Part shown: in pieces, positions 59,623-64,000 of the stretch
Numbering within the stretch: the stretch's first letter is position 1
How the letters are laid out: each line of letters opens with the position of its first letter
Source: Asterias rubens
Lineage: Eukaryota
DNA length: 64,000 bases
Assembly (NCBI RefSeq): GCF_902459465.1
Contig: NC_047082.1
Coordinates: forward strand, 8,990,001-9,054,000
Direction of reading: 5' to 3'
The notes under the pieces: generated by a model
What the model was told of the DNA's origin: nothing
Seen by the model: only the letters and a program-made list of their open reading frames with translations
Database searches by the model: none
Position numbers and translations under genes: made by a program

Positions 59623-60121
59623 TGTATTAAAACGTTGTTCTCAAATTAATGGGGAACAGTTTGGTGGCCCCGGTGCCGATTGTGACGAAACTAATCTTAT
59701 TAATAATCTTCGATTATCTTGATAAATAGTCATTACAAGCTGGCGATATACTAGACTTGTGGACAAGTCGTTAGTGGCGTGATAGCGAAGACTGCTGTTG
59801 TGCGAGGCTGCTCAACTGCCCGACTAATACTTTACACAATCGCGAAAGCAGTAGTCTCTCGCGTCTCGCAAGAACATCGCCAGTAACGCGAGAATCACGG
59901 AACGCTATCATTCCGACAAGCATTTCACGACTTGTCCACAGTCTAGCGATATGCTGCGACAGATAACTCTTAACAACACAGGATAATTCCGAAGCAAATA
60001 ATATTAAAGGTCGGACGAGTTTATGGTGCCGTGTTGACATTAACTTTAATCACTGTTATAATAACACAAAAAACTATCAAGAAACGTATTGCTCCGTTCG
60101 TCAAAATAGTGGTTCGTCATT

Positions 60122-60201
60122 GGTCATAGAGACAAAGGTCAAAGGTCATAGAGACAAAGGTCAAACTCCTGGTTATTTTAGTCATAGAGACAAAGGTCAA
60201 A
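60122..60201. repeat. 22-bp unit ggtcatagagacaaaggtcaaa, two tandem copies plus a third nearby
   Basis: Copies at 60122-60143, 60144-60165 and 60181-60201. Confidence 0.9.
60136..60148 (+). promoter_or_regulatory. Perfect DR1 nuclear-receptor element AGGTCA-A-AGGTCA about 515 bp upstream of the ENPP-B start codon
   Basis: Sequence match only; function untested. Confidence 0.3.
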
Positions 60202-61549
60202 CGCAAGACATCGTTCTCTTGGTTATTTCAGTCTGTGTATTTTAATATGTTTGCACATTGCCTTGATATAGGCTATGGAAATAAAACAACAAAAACCCTA
60301 CTCCAAAGTCGCTGCGAGAGGGCAATAAACTTCTTTAGATTAACAGACTCCGTTATCACAGGATCGTTGATTGATATGATACAGCCTGAATAGTTCGACC
60401 GAAGTTTAAAAGGCACATGACACCTTTTGTAATTGTCAAAGACCAGTATTCTCATCCGGTGTATCCCAACATTATTCATAAAAGAACACTGTGAAAATGT
60501 TGACTCAATCGAGAGAATAATGGAAGAAAAAAACATCGTTGTCGCGAAAATTGTGTGCTTTCAATTCAGACGCCTTGAATTCGAGACCTCATGCTCAGCC
60601 GAGGTCACGAATTCAATTCAAATAATTATTACTTTTTTCTTAAAAACTACGTAACGTTACTTCAGAGGGAGCCGTTTCTTACACAAATTTATACTATCAA
60701 CAGCTCTCCATGCTCGTTACCTAGTAAGTTTCAATGTTTATGCTAACCATTATTTTGATTACCAATAGTGTCCAGTGCCTTAGGTAATAAAATGGTACGG
60801 TATGAACACGTGCGGGCGGTGCATAAAGCTGTCAGTGACTGAATGAACGCGGTGCGGTCACAAGAGGGGGTTATAGAAGTGTGATGTCATGTAAACATTG
60901 ATATTTACTTCTTGGAAGATGGTTCCATTAAATTGTGACGCCATGCTTACTCAGATAACGTCAGCTCAGCGCGCGCCATTAGGTCATTTGCAATTTCATA
61001 ATTATTCGTAGCTTCGCTAGGCCCTAACGGCCACCAGCGGCCAGTCTATCCAGGACCGCTGGATGGGATGGGCTGGGGCACAATTCTTGACCAGGAAGTA
61101 CGTCATGCGTGCAGTGCATGGAAATAATATGTTGCAGTGTGAGTGTGTTGCATGACGGGATTGCGCGTTAACCAATAATCGTGCTTGATACGTTTGCCCA
61201 TCCCAGGACGAGCGAAATTCCTATAGACCTATACATTTTAAACAAACAAATCATAACAACAAATAAATGTCCTTTTAAACCAGATAAGCCAGCCCCTCCT
61301 AAGCTAATAAATTCACAAAGCTTTATCTACAACAATAATTTTCTACAACAAAGTCACTAATTACACCCATTTAAAAAAAGTAGGCCTACTCAAAAAATAC
61401 CGAACAAACTCAACGATCAATAAGACACGACTTAAGTGAGTAAGGATCCGTTCTCATAATTCCATGTTAATGACATGTGTTTTAGTGGAAGTTACTTCGT
61501 TCATGAAAACTACGTTACTAAAGTGCAAGATTCATGTTGCGTCAAATAT

Positions 61550-63982
61550 TTAACGGTTGAAGATGATTAATGCAGTACTGATGCACATCAGCATGGCATA
61601 ACCCATATGCTGGATGCTCGATGCATGGCTGCCATCACTCAGTATGTCTTCATAGTTTGCCCGTGAACCATTATTAGGGACCTGGTTCAGACCAAGAAGT
61701 TCGCACATCAAAGGGTAGATATTAACCTGCAGATGAGTAATAAGGAACCGGACAAAGAGTAAGTTACGACATCGTTCCCATACATGGGCAGTGCCCCGTT
61801 TAGTCGTTACCATGCATTGTCGAAATCGCATATTAGACAAGGCTCCACCTAGACTTGACTCAAGTCCCAATCCCGTGCCAATCTCAGAAAACTATTACTT
61901 TGTGATGCTCTGCATTCCCAGACCTGTTCTGCATTCTCGGGACCACAATACATCGACGGCGGCGGGTGTATGCTTATGGACCTTCCGCACGAGAACGGCA
62001 CTTGAATCAAGTCTAGGCTCCACCCCACCCCAAACCCCTCCCTCTCTCTATTTGCTTTTTCTTTTAAAGTTAAAGCAAATAATAAATAAACAACTAAGAA
62101 TTATCGATGTACAAGAGATGAGCGAGTGCATGAGGCTGTTGGAGTTAACCGAGGCTTGTAGAAAACGGCTACAGACAAACAAACAAAACAGCGAATCACG
62201 ATACAAAGACAAAACGGACAAGACGGACGATGACATTACAAAATCCTGACGACAAAATACAAAGAATACAACTAACTGAAGACGACAAAAGTAAATAGAT
62301 AAGTAGTGAAGGAGAGAGGCATTGTGAAGAATATTCTTACCGACTCCATGTGTTCACTATTGAAACCCTTCTTGAAGCTTGGACCCTGGGCGTAGAAGAT
62401 AGACCTCATCTCGGGGGCTTGGTTGTCGTAGCCGTGGTCAGATGCCAGGAAAAAACTCTTGCTTGTATGGTTCTGAAACAAAAATTTATAGAAAACATCT
62501 CTTATGACAGTAATTATGAATAATTCATTCATTCGTCCACTATAACATTTCGGAAACGGCCCTGGGGTCGATTTCACAAAGAGTTAGGACCAGTCCTAAC
62601 TTAAGACTAGTCCTAGGAGATATAAAAAACGCATGGCTGGTCCTAAGTTAGGACGAGTAACTCGTCCTAACTCGAGATAAGACTAGTCCTAACTCTTTGT
62701 GAAATCCACCCCAGGTCTGTCAAAGACGGCGGTCTATGACGTCATTATGCAATCTATAGTTGTTGAATGCACAGACAACAATGGACTTTTCATCGGTCTG
62801 TCTTCGACCGCCAAAGCCGACAACTCAGACATGGCATTAGTTTATATTATACTTACAGAAAACAGGACCCAGTTGGAGTCCACGTAGCCTAAAATCTTCA
62901 TGATTCTATCACTGTTTGCGTAATGAAAGCGCTCCGGAAACATTTCTTTCTTGTACACCTTCATCTGTGGATGTGCGTTCACCAAAGCGTCGTAAATCTG
63001 TGGGAAATAATGATGAACAACTCATTACTTTGGAGTCTTTGACTGTGGCTGTGGATAGACTGGCTAGCGCTAATGTATCGTTGGTGGACAGTTGAAGTTC
63101 AAACAACCTGGGGTTGACGTCACATAGATAGTCCTAATATAACTCAAGACTAATCAAATGATTCTTGAGTTATTAACAACCCAAGGCTAGTCCTAGCTTA
63201 GTACGAGTAAACTCGTGTTAATTTGAGATAGTCTGGCTCAAATCGTGTAAATAAAGTGCTGTATCAGGCAATATGTTTATGCCCGTAATCCCGTTTTATC
63301 AAGGAAGAAATTTTTGTGCTTAGCAGTTCTATGAAAATGGGCCCTGATCTTAAACCTACCGTGTCAAGTTTTCCTTCCATCGGTTCAATCTGAAAAGTAT
63401 TTCCATAATCAAGAAGGCCCATTTTAATATCGGCCTCATCGATGTAATCAAACAGCTCTAAATATCGTTGCCGATCAGTATTCACGTGACCATGATCGCT
63501 CGTCACGATGACATCAAGGGTATCATCCAATCCCAGCTCTTTCCTTTTTTCGAAGAGATACGTCACAGCATCGTCGGCTGCTTTGATTGCGTCAATCGAG
63601 TCCTGATGACCGATCCCACTGCCATGCAACGCGCTATCCGGTTGGCCAGAATAGACGATCACCAAGTCAAAGTCGTCGTTTTTCAACCAATCAAAGCCCA
63701 TGTCTATCAAGCCAGTGAGGGGATAGTCACCGAGTTGCTGCCAGGGCACACCGGGTGAATTCTTAGTTGGGCTGATTCATTGAATGGCCACGTTTCCTCC
63801 TGGGTACTGGACGGTGCCTGCCTTTAGACCCTGTTTAATTGCCGTTACCCATATAGGCTCCACTCCAGGCGTATTGAACCAATCTGTATAATTTAATGTC
63901 TCATAGAATGTCTTAGCCTTGTATCCAGTCGTCAGGTTGTAGTACTTGTTGAAGGTGATACCATGGCTTTCTGGGTACAATC
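61550..63982 (-). pseudogene. ENPP7-like paralogue C, partial (exons 1-2 lie beyond the window), with an in-frame premature TGA
   Basis: Exons 63360-63982, 62857-62997, 62341-62472, 61550-61726, with canonical splice sites and motifs PDSALH, SDHGH, HGYDN...GPSF. TGA at 63777-63779 lies in frame inside the 623-nt exon (PGGNVAIQ*ISPTK). Family identity is secure. Pseudogene versus null allele versus base error is not resolved. Confidence 0.65.
62564..62712. mobile_element. MITE ggtcgatttcacaaagagttaggac...gtcctaactctttgtgaaatc
   Basis: Inverted termini with repeated ttaggac/gtcctaa. Related copy at about 38977-39130. Confidence 0.8.
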
Positions 63983-64000
63983 CTAGACAGAAAAAAAAAA

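Noticed and set aside
61791-62249. 152-aa plus-strand ORF
   Set aside because: It is antisense within an ENPP-C intron, spans an inverted-repeat element (ctagacttgactcaagtccc...cttgaatcaagtctag), and has no recognisable motif.
63777-63779. TGA read as selenocysteine or programmed readthrough
   Set aside because: The position is a conserved Gly, not Cys. The context is TGA-ATC, not a leaky TGA-CTA, and I saw no supportable SECIS.

Overview
Eukaryotic, AT-rich, intron- and MITE-dense DNA, most likely from a sea star (Asterias-like echinoderm; inferred from the protein content, not from a database search). Genes I could assemble exon by exon with canonical GT-AG sites and consistent phases: (1) a complete 24-exon single-pass receptor guanylate cyclase of the echinoderm sperm type (speract/asterosap-receptor class) on the minus strand, 22063-41382, 1067 aa; (2) three tandem minus-strand ENPP7-like ectonucleotide pyrophosphatase/phosphodiesterase paralogues. 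A (43467-48464) and B (55750-59622) are complete and have Ser in place of the usual catalytic Thr. C (61550 to the window edge) has an in-frame TGA at a conserved Gly; (3) an intronless, catalytically intact STK35/PDIK1L-like Ser/Thr kinase (49487-50320, +), head-to-head with ENPP-A; (4) an unrecognised plus-strand gene with at least five phase-compatible exons (17925-20840) ending in a PDZ-type motif; (5) a probable signal-peptide exon of a further minus-strand gene near 11.8 kb. The rest is intronic or intergenic: many TTAA-flanked T2/Kolobok-type MITEs, other palindromic MITEs, tRNA-derived SINEs, an L2-type LINE 3' end, Penelope-like ends with hammerhead-like cores, and micro/minisatellites. 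No rRNA, true tRNA gene or CRISPR array was seen. Exon boundaries were counted by hand and may be off by a base or two. Repeat boundaries are approximate.
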